Virus record (IMG/VR): IMGVR_UViG_3300033077_000409
Location: 1-41,170 of that record
Length of the DNA stretch: 41,170 nt
Source of the DNA: a virus
Lineage: Duplodnaviria; Caudoviricetes
Reading direction: 5' to 3' (one strand)
Under the pieces are notes generated by a model. That model saw only the letters and a program-made list of their open reading frames with translations. It was not told where the DNA came from and ran no database searches. The position numbers and the translations under genes are program-made. Numbering within the stretch: position 1 is the stretch's first letter; every line of letters starts with the position of its first letter. This document shows positions 16,538 through 25,606 of this stretch, piece after piece.

Positions 16538-16619
16538 GATGGGGGCAATTGCTGTAATGGCTGCGCCATTTGGCTAGGGGCTGCGCCCACACCGTCAATC
16601 ATCCCATTGCACCGACACC

Positions 16620-17645
16620 ATGGCGACTCTTCGCTCTGATGTCATCATCCCCGAGATTTTCACGCCTTACGTCATTGAGCAGACCACCCAGCGCGATGCC
16701 TTCCTGGCTAGCGGTGTGGTCCAGCCAATGGCGGAGCTGAATGCTACGGAAGGTGGTGACCTAATCAACATCCCCTACTGGAAAGCCAACCTGTCCGGCG
16801 ATTTTGAAGTGCTGACCGATAGCACCTCACTGATCCCCGGTAAGATCACTTCTGACAAGCAAGTTGGCGTAATCCTGCACCGTGGCCGCGCCTTTGAGGC
16901 CCGCGATCTGGCAGCCCTTGCTGCTGGCGCTGACCCCATGGCCGCCATCGGCGCCAAGATTGCCGACTACATCGCCAACCAACGCCAAAAGGATTTACTG
17001 TCCTGCCTGTCGGGTGTCTTTGGCACCCTTGGCAGCAACAACTCCGCTTCTTTCGTTGACTTGACGATTGACGGACTGAGCGCCGACACCCCTGTCGTTC
17101 TGTCCCCTCGTCATATCGCTGAAGCCCGCTCACTGCTGGGCGATCAAGGCGATAAGTTGACCACCGTCTGTATGCACTCCAAGGTCTACTACGACTTGGT
17201 TGAGCGCCGCGCTATTGACTATGTGTCAACTGGCGAAGCTCGCGGCACTACCACCACTCAATCCGGTGGTTCGATTGCTGCTGCATATGGCGAAGATGTG
17301 ACCGTACCCTTCTACATGGGCTTGCGCGTTATCGTTTCCGACGACGTACAAACCGAAGGCAGTGGTTCATCGACTGAGTACGCAACCTATTTCTTCACCC
17401 AAGGCGCTATCGCCAGCGGTGAGCAAATGGGAATGCAGACCGAAACCGATCGTGACATCCTCGCCAAGAGTGATGCCATGTCGATCGACCTGCACTATGT
17501 GTACCACCCCGTTGGTGCAAAGTGGGCGGTGACTACCACCAACCCAACCCGCCCTCAGTTGGAAACCATCACCAACTGGACTAAGGTGTACGAAACCAAG
17601 AACATTGGTATCGTGCGGGCGACGAACACTTCCAACTTCGACTGA
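16620..17645 (+). CDS. Major capsid protein
   Basis: 341 aa; SDVIIPEIF, GG..INIPYW, MHS.VY, G.RVIVSD motifs; position after scaffold. Confidence 0.9.
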   Translation: MATLRSDVIIPEIFTPYVIEQTTQRDAFLASGVVQPMAELNATEGGDLINIPYWKANLSGDFEVLTDSTSLIPGKITSDKQVGVILHRGRAFEARDLAALAAGADPMAAIGAKIADYIANQRQKDLLSCLSGVFGTLGSNNSASFVDLTIDGLSADTPVVLSPRHIAEARSLLGDQGDKLTTVCMHSKVYYDLVERRAIDYVSTGEARGTTTTQSGGSIAAAYGEDVTVPFYMGLRVIVSDDVQTEGSGSSTEYATYFFTQGAIASGEQMGMQTETDRDILAKSDAMSIDLHYVYHPVGAKWAVTTTNPTRPQLETITNWTKVYETKNIGIVRATNTSNFD

Positions 17646-17656
17646 GGTAACTAACC

Positions 17657-18040
17657 ATGGCTTCTATTTTCGAGCTGGAGCAGCCTTCTTTTAACCGCCA
17701 TTCAACTGGCAAACTGTTGCTTGCTGCAACTGATGCCGCCACTACCCTCAGTGCTGCGCAAGCAGTTGGAAGCATCGTCACGATGACTCCTACGGCAGCC
17801 CGTACAGTGACCACCCCTGTGGCCGCTGACATCATTGCCGAACTTGGCCCTCAAGCCAGGATTGGTCAGACGTGGGAGGTTAGTGTTGTCAACCAAGCAG
17901 GTGCAACCCACGCCATTACCTTCACCGCTGGCGCCACTGGCGTCACGGTGGTAGGTGCTGCTGCTGTTGCGGCTGCCACTGGCGGTACATTCACTGGCCG
18001 TATGGCTTCTGCCACTACTGTTGTGTATTACCGCGCCTGA
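17657..18040 (+). CDS. Putative capsid decoration protein
   Basis: Ala/Thr/Val-rich beta protein co-transcribed with the capsid gene before the terminator. Confidence 0.55.
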   Translation: MASIFELEQPSFNRHSTGKLLLAATDAATTLSAAQAVGSIVTMTPTAARTVTTPVAADIIAELGPQARIGQTWEVSVVNQAGATHAITFTAGATGVTVVGAAAVAAATGGTFTGRMASATTVVYYRA

Positions 18041-18216
18041 TGGGACTATTCGCTTTCCGGCGAATGCGTGCATTGGAGGCTGCCTCTAAAGAGGTGGCCT
18101 TTTTTTCTACGCCAGAGCCAGCTAAGATAGAGCCAACACCAGAACCTGATAATGGCGATCGTCCTAGTCGCAACAACCGGCGGAAGCACGTCAAACACAT
18201 ACCAGACGCTGGCTGA
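18040..18216 (+). CDS. Small hypothetical protein (58 aa)
   Basis: TGATG-coupled; MGLFAFRRMRALEAASKEVAFFSTPEP...; contains the terminator hairpin. Confidence 0.45.
   Translation: MGLFAFRRMRALEAASKEVAFFSTPEPAKIEPTPEPDNGDRPSRNNRRKHVKHIPDAG
18078..18106 (+). terminator. Intrinsic terminator after the capsid genes
   Basis: GGCTGCCTC-TAAA-GAGGTGGCC followed by a T run. Confidence 0.75.
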
Positions 18217-18715
18217 TGCGCAGGCTATTATTGATGGCCTAGTGCTTGATGCTGATGTGACTGCATGGGCAACCGCAACCACCGACGCCAAAAACCGTGC
18301 GCTGTATACCGCTGCGCAACGGTTAGATCGTGAGCGTTATCTCGGTGCGCGTTCTACTGATACGCAAGCAATGCAGTGGCCTAGGACAGGTGTACGCAAG
18401 CCTGATACCTACATCAATACGTATGCGGTTGGCTTTCCATTTCGTATCACAACCGATTACTACACCGACACCGAAATCCCAACGCAGATCAAGCAAGCGC
18501 AGGCCGTGCTTGCTGTTTTCCTAAACAACAACACCGACAGCCTTGGCTTGTCTGGCCTTGAGGATTACAACAGCGTTTCAATTGGCCCGATTAGTGTTAC
18601 ACTAAATAGCAGCAGCCCACAAGCTGGAGCCGATAAGGTACCACCCATGATGGAGCGTTACCTGACAGGCCTTAGAATCAGTGGGCCTGGCAACATTTCA
18701 ATTCGTAGGAGCTGA
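18152..18715 (+). CDS. Head-tail connector/adaptor (DnaT-like annotated family)
   Basis: SNTYQTLADA, AL..A...LD, Q.MQWPR, IP.QIK.AQ motifs. Confidence 0.75.
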   Translation: MAIVLVATTGGSTSNTYQTLADAQAIIDGLVLDADVTAWATATTDAKNRALYTAAQRLDRERYLGARSTDTQAMQWPRTGVRKPDTYINTYAVGFPFRITTDYYTDTEIPTQIKQAQAVLAVFLNNNTDSLGLSGLEDYNSVSIGPISVTLNSSSPQAGADKVPPMMERYLTGLRISGPGNISIRRS

Positions 18716-18718
18716 CCC

Positions 18719-19279
18719 ATGTCGTTGATTTCACCCGGCAGTGACGAGATTTTTGCCAAACGCAGGACAGACGGCACTTATGCCGCCGGTATTGTCAGTG
18801 CTGGCTTTCGCACTACCGTAACAATCACCAGACCCAGTAACACTACTGCGTACACGGCAGGCGATGTTGTTGGTGATACTGGCGGTAGCGCAATACTTAC
18901 TCTTAGCAACATGGGGCCCAATAGTGGCTATGTGCTAATCCAAAGTGCCGCATTGATTTTTAGTGATAGCGCAGTACCTAGTGGCATGGCTAGTTTCCGC
19001 GTGCATCTTTACAGTGCATTACCTACTGCAATTGCTGATAATGCTGTGTTTGATCTTGCTAGCGGCGAACGCGCAAGTTATGTGGGATATTTTGATCTCC
19101 CAGCACCTGTTGATTTTGGCAGCACCCTTTATACGCAAACAGACTATATTGGCCGCATGATTAAGATGGCAAGCGGCAGCACTACTATCTATGCCGAGAT
19201 TGAAACCAAAGGCGCCTATACACCTGTTAGTGCTAGCACAATTGAGCTGCGCATCAGCACGCTTGAGGCTGGCCTCTGA
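18719..19279 (+). CDS. Hypothetical virion protein
   Basis: Beta-rich, TRPSNTTAYTAGDVVG; TGATG-coupled to the next gene. Confidence 0.6.
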   Translation: MSLISPGSDEIFAKRRTDGTYAAGIVSAGFRTTVTITRPSNTTAYTAGDVVGDTGGSAILTLSNMGPNSGYVLIQSAALIFSDSAVPSGMASFRVHLYSALPTAIADNAVFDLASGERASYVGYFDLPAPVDFGSTLYTQTDYIGRMIKMASGSTTIYAEIETKGAYTPVSASTIELRISTLEAGL

Positions 19280-20619
19280 TGCGAGCGTTAGGCGCATCAC
19301 GAACTAGCGTTGTCCCTGGCGGAGTATTAGCCGGCAACTGGGCGCGTGATTCACTATGGACTGTTGCTCGCGCAGTGCCATCGCTTGACCTGAACTTTGC
19401 AGGTACTAAGACCCTAGATTCCCGCATCACCTTCACCCGCGCCAGCACCGGCACCTACGTCGGGTCCGATGGGCTGGTTAAGACTGCCACCACCAACGAA
19501 GCACGCTTCGACCACAACCCGACCACGGGCGAAAGCCTTGGGTTGTTGGTGGAAGAGGCTAGGACGAATTTAAGTCTTCGCAGTCAAGAATTAGATAATG
19601 CTGTATGGACAAAAACAGCATCTTCGATCACGGCAAATGCCATCGCCTCCCCCGATGAAACCACCACCGCAGACAAGCTGGTAGAAGACAGCTCAACTGC
19701 AAATCACAACATCGTTGAAGCTACTGTAATTACCTACACAAGCGGTGTCACGTATAGTTTTTCGTTTTTTGTGAAAAAAGCTGAGCGTCAGACAGTGCAA
19801 ATTTTGATGCACCCAAACCCGTTTCCTGGAACTGCTGCTCAGCGCACAGCAATTTTCAACAGCAACATTGGAGCGTTTGCTTCTGTTGGTTCTGCTTATA
19901 CAAACAGCTCTGTCACAACGCTCCCTAGTGGTTGGTATCGTGTGTCTGTAACGTCTACGGCTAATGCAACTACTACGGGAAACTTTACAATTAGCCTTTG
20001 CTCCGACGATGCGGGTACAGCTACTTATACTGGCAACGGCACTTCTGGCATCTACCTCTGGGGCGCCCAACTAGAAGCCGGAGCCTTTGCCACCTCCTAC
20101 ATCCCCACCACGTCCGCAACCGTCACCCGCGCTGCTGATCTGACAAGCATTACCGGGGCAAACTTTAGCCCCTGGTACAACCAGACGGAAGGGACGGTGT
20201 TTGGTGAATATTTCCCAAACGCCGTAGCGCCCGCAACAAATAGCCAAACTTTAATCTACATAAGCAATAATACTAGTACGGATAGAAATATCATAAACAA
20301 AAGAGCTAATGCCGATCAATCGACGCAATGGGCTAGCGCAAAAACTGGAGCAACAGATACAGCTTTTATCAATGCTGGTACATGGTTGGCGGCTAACACC
20401 AAGATTGCTGCTGTGTACAAAAACAACGATTATGCAGCTTCTCTCAATGGTGCCACAAGTGTTGTTGATACAGCGGTTGATCTTTTTACAGGCATGACAC
20501 AAGCCAATATTGGTAGTAATCAAGCAAACCTCGAAAGCCTCAACGGCACCATCAAACGCCTCACCTACTGGCCCACTCGCCTTGCCAATACCACCCTCCA
20601 ATCCATCACCACGCCATGA
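19279..20619 (+). CDS. Carbohydrate-binding/LamG-like fibre or spike protein
   Basis: FTRASTGT, GLLVEEARTNL, GWYR, WGAQLEAG..ATSYIPT, TRAAD, YWP.RL motifs typical of phage lectin-like appendages. Confidence 0.72.
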   Translation: MRALGASRTSVVPGGVLAGNWARDSLWTVARAVPSLDLNFAGTKTLDSRITFTRASTGTYVGSDGLVKTATTNEARFDHNPTTGESLGLLVEEARTNLSLRSQELDNAVWTKTASSITANAIASPDETTTADKLVEDSSTANHNIVEATVITYTSGVTYSFSFFVKKAERQTVQILMHPNPFPGTAAQRTAIFNSNIGAFASVGSAYTNSSVTTLPSGWYRVSVTSTANATTTGNFTISLCSDDAGTATYTGNGTSGIYLWGAQLEAGAFATSYIPTTSATVTRAADLTSITGANFSPWYNQTEGTVFGEYFPNAVAPATNSQTLIYISNNTSTDRNIINKRANADQSTQWASAKTGATDTAFINAGTWLAANTKIAAVYKNNDYAASLNGATSVVDTAVDLFTGMTQANIGSNQANLESLNGTIKRLTYWPTRLANTTLQSITTP

Positions 20620-20894
20620 CCCAGTTCCTACGCTTCCCCGACGAATCCGCCTGGACCGCTGCTGCCACTGACGCTGGGTTCATTGTTGACGACACCCTAG
20701 CCGCCTACACGCATGACCATGCGATCGACGTGATTGGCACCATCATCAGTGGCGGTGAGTATGACAACGAAGGTGCCGTGATCGTTGCCCCTACCGTGCT
20801 GGCTGGCTTTCATGTCAACTACAGCGGTGAGCTGCCTGAGGGATGGGATGACTACTTGGTCACCCCTGCTGCCCCGTACCGGGTGTTTGCGTAA
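20616..20894 (+). CDS. Small fibre-associated protein
   Basis: Coupled to the fibre gene; LRF.DE, DVIG.I, GFHVN, P.RVFA. Confidence 0.65.
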   Translation: MTQFLRFPDESAWTAAATDAGFIVDDTLAAYTHDHAIDVIGTIISGGEYDNEGAVIVAPTVLAGFHVNYSGELPEGWDDYLVTPAAPYRVFA

Positions 20895-21250
20895 TGGCAC
20901 TTGCATCCTCATTGCAAAAGGTAGCCAGTAAGATCGTTGGTAAGTTTGGCGGTGCCATTACGTTTACAATCGTCACAACAGGCACCTATAACACAACTAC
21001 CGGAGTTATCACTGAGACAACTACAACCAGCGCCATCAAAGGCGTCTTAGATGCCGTTAGCGCACGCGAGGTGAATGAACTGGTGCAAGCAAGTGATAAA
21101 AAGCTAACCATTGCCGCAATTGATCTGGCTGCTGCACCAACAACCGCAGACCGCGTTGTGATCGGTGGCGTTAGTCATCAGATCATTGCCGTCAATAAAA
21201 TAGAGCAAGACAACCAGGCAATCATCTACACCTTGATCCTGAGGGCATAA
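20894..21250 (+). CDS. Head closure/head-tail joining protein
   Basis: 118 aa; FG..I, YN..TG, D.KL, D.V.I.G; position in the neck cluster. Confidence 0.7.
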   Translation: MALASSLQKVASKIVGKFGGAITFTIVTTGTYNTTTGVITETTTTSAIKGVLDAVSAREVNELVQASDKKLTIAAIDLAAAPTTADRVVIGGVSHQIIAVNKIEQDNQAIIYTLILRA

Positions 21251-21651
21251 TGACACGCCGCATTAACCTATCGCAGATCGGCAGCTACTCAACTGAGAAG
21301 TTTGAGCAATTGCTGCGCGTTACGGTTTTTGAAACTGACAGCAGGCTGAAGCAAGGCAGCCCCGTTGATACTGGGCGATTCCGCCTTAGCTGGGCGATCA
21401 GCGAAAATGGCACCCCAGGCTATGACGCAGGCCCACAGACCGGCGCCAGTGCCATCACGCCACCGCGTAGGTTGGATTATCAGGTGGAGCACCTAGGTGG
21501 CGTCTATCACATCCATAACAGCCTGCCGTATGCAGAGCCGCTCGCCAATGGCCACAGTCCCCAAGCTCCCGCAGGTTGGACTGATCTGATCGCCCGTGAG
21601 ATGACCGCGTGGGCCAGGCAGGAAGCTGATCGTATCGGGAGGTCCGACTGA
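21250..21651 (+). CDS. HK97 gp10-like neck/tail completion protein
   Basis: SPVDTGRFR.SW, N.LPYA..L..G.S.QAP.G. Confidence 0.8.
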   Translation: MTRRINLSQIGSYSTEKFEQLLRVTVFETDSRLKQGSPVDTGRFRLSWAISENGTPGYDAGPQTGASAITPPRRLDYQVEHLGGVYHIHNSLPYAEPLANGHSPQAPAGWTDLIAREMTAWARQEADRIGRSD

Positions 21652-22076
21652 TGGCTGCAACCAACCTCAACACCGTCCGCGCCATTATTGAAGGCCGCCT
21701 AGCGACTGAGATGACCAGTGCGCCGGCTTATACGGTGGTGTTTCATAACATGCCATACACACCAACGCCCAATAGCGTTTGGCTGCAATGTCTGGTGAGT
21801 TTTGGCAACAACAGCTTCCTGACGATGGGGGGCACTACCGGCAGCAACAACAGTGTCATTGGCGTTATGGTCATCAACATATTTACCCCCAAAGGCGTCG
21901 GTCAAGGTGCAAACCTAACAATCGGCAAACGTGTTCGGGACCTTTACAATAGGGTCATCGTGTCAGGGGTTCGCTTTGATCCCCCGACAGGCCCCGAGGT
22001 GGTGGCTGCGCCGTCTCCCGAAGGGTATTTCCAAACCCAGGTCCGCATGACCTTTGAAACCTTCGAGGATCTCTAG
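21651..22076 (+). CDS. Tail terminator protein
   Basis: INIFTPKG.G motif; immediately precedes the tail tube genes. Confidence 0.72.
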   Translation: MAATNLNTVRAIIEGRLATEMTSAPAYTVVFHNMPYTPTPNSVWLQCLVSFGNNSFLTMGGTTGSNNSVIGVMVINIFTPKGVGQGANLTIGKRVRDLYNRVIVSGVRFDPPTGPEVVAAPSPEGYFQTQVRMTFETFEDL

Positions 22077-22078
22077 CC

Positions 22079-22495
22079 ATGGCCTTCTATCGCGGCGAGC
22101 AAGGTTCCGTCAAATTTGACGATGCCGGCTCCACCACTGCTGTCATTGCCTCCACACGTTCATGGTCCATGACCATCGATAAAGACGTGCTGGAAACCAC
22201 TGCGCTCGGTGCTACCTACAAATCCAACATCGGCGGCCTGATCTCCGGCTCCGGCAGTGTTGAATTGATCTATAGCGCCAGCAGCTCCGATGAAACCAAT
22301 GTGTTTATCGAGGCTGCCAATACAGCAACCGATCAAGGCGTTGCTGCTTTTGAGTTGTTCCTTGATACCGCTGGCACTAAGAAGATCAGCTTTGTCGGTT
22401 TGATCACTTCTGCCGATTACTCCGCTACCGTAGGCGAATTGGAGGTTATCACCTGCAATTTCGTTACTAGCGGTACCATCACCACAGGCATCTAA
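22079..22495 (+). CDS. Major tail tube protein, paralog 1
   Basis: G..G.V, RSWSMT, ETTALG, GL.SGSGS tube-fold pattern; position. Confidence 0.8.
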   Translation: MAFYRGEQGSVKFDDAGSTTAVIASTRSWSMTIDKDVLETTALGATYKSNIGGLISGSGSVELIYSASSSDETNVFIEAANTATDQGVAAFELFLDTAGTKKISFVGLITSADYSATVGELEVITCNFVTSGTITTGI

Positions 22496-22497
22496 CC

Positions 22498-22917
22498 ATG
22501 GCTTTTTATCGCGGCCAACAGGGCACTGTCTTTTTTGATAAGGACAGCAGCGGCGGCATCTCCGAGATTGCTGCTGTACGGTCATGGTCCATGACTGTTG
22601 AAAAGGACGTCCTAGAGACCACCGCTCAAGGCGCCACCTATAAGGCCAACATCGGCGGTTTGGTTTCAGGTAGTGGCAGCATGGAGGTGATGTATGACGC
22701 TCCTAGCGCTGGCGACAAACTTGATCTGATCAGGGATGTCAACGTCGCCACTGATGAAGGTAACGCATCAGTGGAGCTGTACCTAGATGAAACCGGCGGC
22801 AAAAAAATCACGGGTAGCATCGTGATCACCTCCACCGACTATGGTGCTACAGTAGGCGAGCTGGAAATGGTGACAGTTAATTTCACCATGACTGGCGCAA
22901 TCACTACTAGCATCTGA
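22498..22917 (+). CDS. Major tail tube protein, paralog 2
   Basis: Colinear with paralog 1 (about 82 of 139 identical by hand alignment). Confidence 0.8.
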   Translation: MAFYRGQQGTVFFDKDSSGGISEIAAVRSWSMTVEKDVLETTAQGATYKANIGGLVSGSGSMEVMYDAPSAGDKLDLIRDVNVATDEGNASVELYLDETGGKKITGSIVITSTDYGATVGELEMVTVNFTMTGAITTSI

Positions 22918-23273
22918 TGGCCACATCATCCCGCCCCGTTGATTTGCTCACCGGGGCTTTTGACCTCAACCAGCGTCGGCAGTTCAACATCAAGAAAGAA
23001 GATGGCACGGTTGTGCTGTCGTTGTATTTCAAGCCGATCACCCGCGCTGATCGCAAGCGTGCCACTGGTTTGGCCGGCTCAGAAGAAGCCCTAGACATCA
23101 GCACCCAGATGCTGTGTCACATGGCCGAACTGGAAGACGGCACCAAGGCATTTGCCGCGGCTGATGCGGCAAAGCTCCAGCGCGAGCTGCCTGAGTCCGT
23201 ATTGAACGAACTGGAACTGTTCCTGTTTGGTCTTGGTGCGGCTGAATCGCTGGAAGAAGCAAAAAACGACTAG
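22917..23273 (+). CDS. Tail assembly chaperone (lambda G analog)
   Basis: Between tube and tape measure genes; ends in slippery A AAA AAC just before TAG. Confidence 0.8.
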   Translation: MATSSRPVDLLTGAFDLNQRRQFNIKKEDGTVVLSLYFKPITRADRKRATGLAGSEEALDISTQMLCHMAELEDGTKAFAAADAAKLQRELPESVLNELELFLFGLGAAESLEEAKND

Positions 23274-23446
23274 AGGCCGATAGCTGGCTTTACTTTGAAA
23301 TGTTCCTAGCCACTGAGCTAGGCATGACAGTAAGCCGGCTTCGGCAAGAACTCACCGACGCAGAATTCATTTACTTTGCCGCCTACTATGAGGTGAAGGG
23401 TAGACGCGAGCGCCAAGAAATCGAGAAATCAAAGCAGCGCCGCTAG
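23261..23446 (+). CDS. -1 frameshift extension of the tail chaperone (lambda GT analog)
   Basis: Heptamer AAAAAAC 23261-23267; -1 frame reads RLEADSWLYFEMFLATELGMTVSRLRQELTDAEFIYFAAYYEVK...RR to TAG 23446. Confidence 0.82.
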   Translation, partial: KKRLEADSWLYFEMFLATELGMTVSRLRQELTDAEFIYFAAYYEVKGRRERQEIEKSKQRR

Positions 23447-23470
23447 ACTGGTAAAAAGGTCGGCTAAACA

Positions 23471-25606
23471 GTGGCAGTTTCCGTTGTTGATATTCAGGTA
23501 AACAGCCAGGGTGCTGTTAGGAATCTGCGTGATGTAAGTAATGCCAGTAAATCCGCAGAATCCGCAGTTGGCGGGCTTTCAAAGGCATTAGGGCCTTTAC
23601 TGGCTGCATTTAGTGCGGTTTCTGCGGCTAAATTTGTATTTGCTAAAACCGCTGAACTTGAGACACAGACAAAAAGTCTCCAGGTTCTAACAGGTAGCGT
23701 ACAACAAGCCAAATCAATCATTCAAGAGCTACAGCAACTTGGCGCGGTAACACCTTTTACAAGTACAGAGCTTATTGATACTGCCAAGCGCCTTAACGCT
23801 TTTGGCGTTGAAGGCAACAAAGTTGTTGAAACCACCCGGCGCCTTGCCGATGTAGCCGGAGCCACTGGCGCAGAGCTTCAGGGCCTGGCCACTGCCTATG
23901 GCCAAGTACAAGCCAAAGGTCGGCTGCAAGGTGAGGAGCTATTGCAATTCCAAGAGCGCGGCGTTGCGCTTCAGGAAGAACTGCGAAAAATGTATGGCCT
24001 GACTGGTGAGGAGTTTCAGAAGGCACTAAGCAAGGGCCGCATTAGCGCAGAAGCCGTAGAAGTTGCTCTTACGCGACTGACGGACATAGGCGGCAAATAC
24101 GCTAATGGCGCTATTGCGCAGAGTGATACGCTGCAAGGTAAGTTCAGCACGCTTACAGATGGCGTAGAGCAACTTGCTCGAACCATTGGCGTGGTTTTAA
24201 CGCCAGCATTAAAAGCAATTCTTACTCAAGCAACCCAAACACTTGATGCGATCAATGCAGTATTAGCGGCTGGGCGCGGCGGTGGAATTACAAGATCTTT
24301 GGCTAGTGCGAATGCAGCTATTAGCCTTGGAGCAACATCTGATGGAATTGATCGTGTTGCTAAAGGTCTTGGCCAAATTAGCAACCAAAAAAACAAGGCC
24401 GGTATTCAACAGAATTTGCAAGCGCTAGCGAATTATCAAACAACACTTCAGCGGATTGGCGCGGAAGATCCAAATGCTGATCGAGCTGTTCAGTTGCAGG
24501 GTGCTATTCAGCAGAAAATCCAACAAAACCTAGCAGCACAGCAACAATTAAATAAAGCCCAGTCAGCAGTATCAAAATCAACTGCAATACCGGTGCTACT
24601 TGGTGAAACTGGTGGCGCAAAGAAAAAAAGAGGCAAAAGTGACGAAGAAAGAGCAGCAGAAAAAGCAGCCAAGGAATCGAAGCGCGTCGCGCAAGTTATC
24701 CGCGATCGGCTGGCGGAAGGTCAATTACTGCAAGTTAAATCTGGCTTGCAAGATAAAATCTCAGCCGCTGAAGTTAATAACGACAAAATGCTTGCCGTAA
24801 GGCTGCAAGGCTTGCAAAGGGAAATTGACATCCAATACCAATACGCACAAGCATTAGCGCAAGAAAAAAACATACGAGCGCAAGAGGCAATTATTTTTGA
24901 AGGCAACACCAGGCTAGTAGCTAATCAGCGGGATACCGAAAGGGAACTTGCTGCAATACAAAGACAAAACGAGCAGGATGGGCTGCAAGCAATTACAGCA
25001 TATCTAGAAAAGCAATACGAATTAAACACCGCAATTCAACAGCAACATGCACTTGCTGAAAGTGTTTCAAGCACGCTCGGTCAAGGCATGACGGCTGTAT
25101 TCGATAGCTTGATTCAGGGCTCTGATAACTGGGGAAAAAGTCTGCAGCAAATTGCATCTAAGGTGCTGGTTGATATTGCAAGTCAGTTGATCCGCATCTA
25201 TGTGATTGAGCAAGCAGTAAGCGCAATTAAATCATTCTTGTCGCCATTCAGCTCATCTACGCCGATCGGGGCAGGTGGCGGCACGGTCGGTAAGTTTGGC
25301 ACCTTTGGTCCTAACTACGGCATCGCTCAGCGTGCCCTAGGAGGCCCTGTAAGCGCCGGCAGCCCATACCTAGTAGGCGAACGCGGCCCCGAGCTATTCA
25401 TGCCATCTAGGGGCGGCAGCATCATCCCCAACAATGCCCTAGGTGGCGGCAGCACCAACGTGGTGGTCAACGTCGATGCAAGCGGCTCCAGCGTTCAGGG
25501 TGACCAAGCGCAAAGCCGCCAGCTTGGGGTTGCCATATCGGCTGCGGTGCAGGCAGAATTGGTCAAGCAGCAACGCCCAGGCGGCCTCCTGGCAGGTACT
25601 CGCTAA
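23471..25606 (+). CDS. Tape measure protein
   Basis: 711 aa, Ala/Gln-rich helical; TPF, YGQV.AKGRLQGEEL.Q..ERG, RALGGPV, VGERGPELF. Confidence 0.92.
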   Translation: MAVSVVDIQVNSQGAVRNLRDVSNASKSAESAVGGLSKALGPLLAAFSAVSAAKFVFAKTAELETQTKSLQVLTGSVQQAKSIIQELQQLGAVTPFTSTELIDTAKRLNAFGVEGNKVVETTRRLADVAGATGAELQGLATAYGQVQAKGRLQGEELLQFQERGVALQEELRKMYGLTGEEFQKALSKGRISAEAVEVALTRLTDIGGKYANGAIAQSDTLQGKFSTLTDGVEQLARTIGVVLTPALKAILTQATQTLDAINAVLAAGRGGGITRSLASANAAISLGATSDGIDRVAKGLGQISNQKNKAGIQQNLQALANYQTTLQRIGAEDPNADRAVQLQGAIQQKIQQNLAAQQQLNKAQSAVSKSTAIPVLLGETGGAKKKRGKSDEERAAEKAAKESKRVAQVIRDRLAEGQLLQVKSGLQDKISAAEVNNDKMLAVRLQGLQREIDIQYQYAQALAQEKNIRAQEAIIFEGNTRLVANQRDTERELAAIQRQNEQDGLQAITAYLEKQYELNTAIQQQHALAESVSSTLGQGMTAVFDSLIQGSDNWGKSLQQIASKVLVDIASQLIRIYVIEQAVSAIKSFLSPFSSSTPIGAGGGTVGKFGTFGPNYGIAQRALGGPVSAGSPYLVGERGPELFMPSRGGSIIPNNALGGGSTNVVVNVDASGSSVQGDQAQSRQLGVAISAAVQAELVKQQRPGGLLAGTR

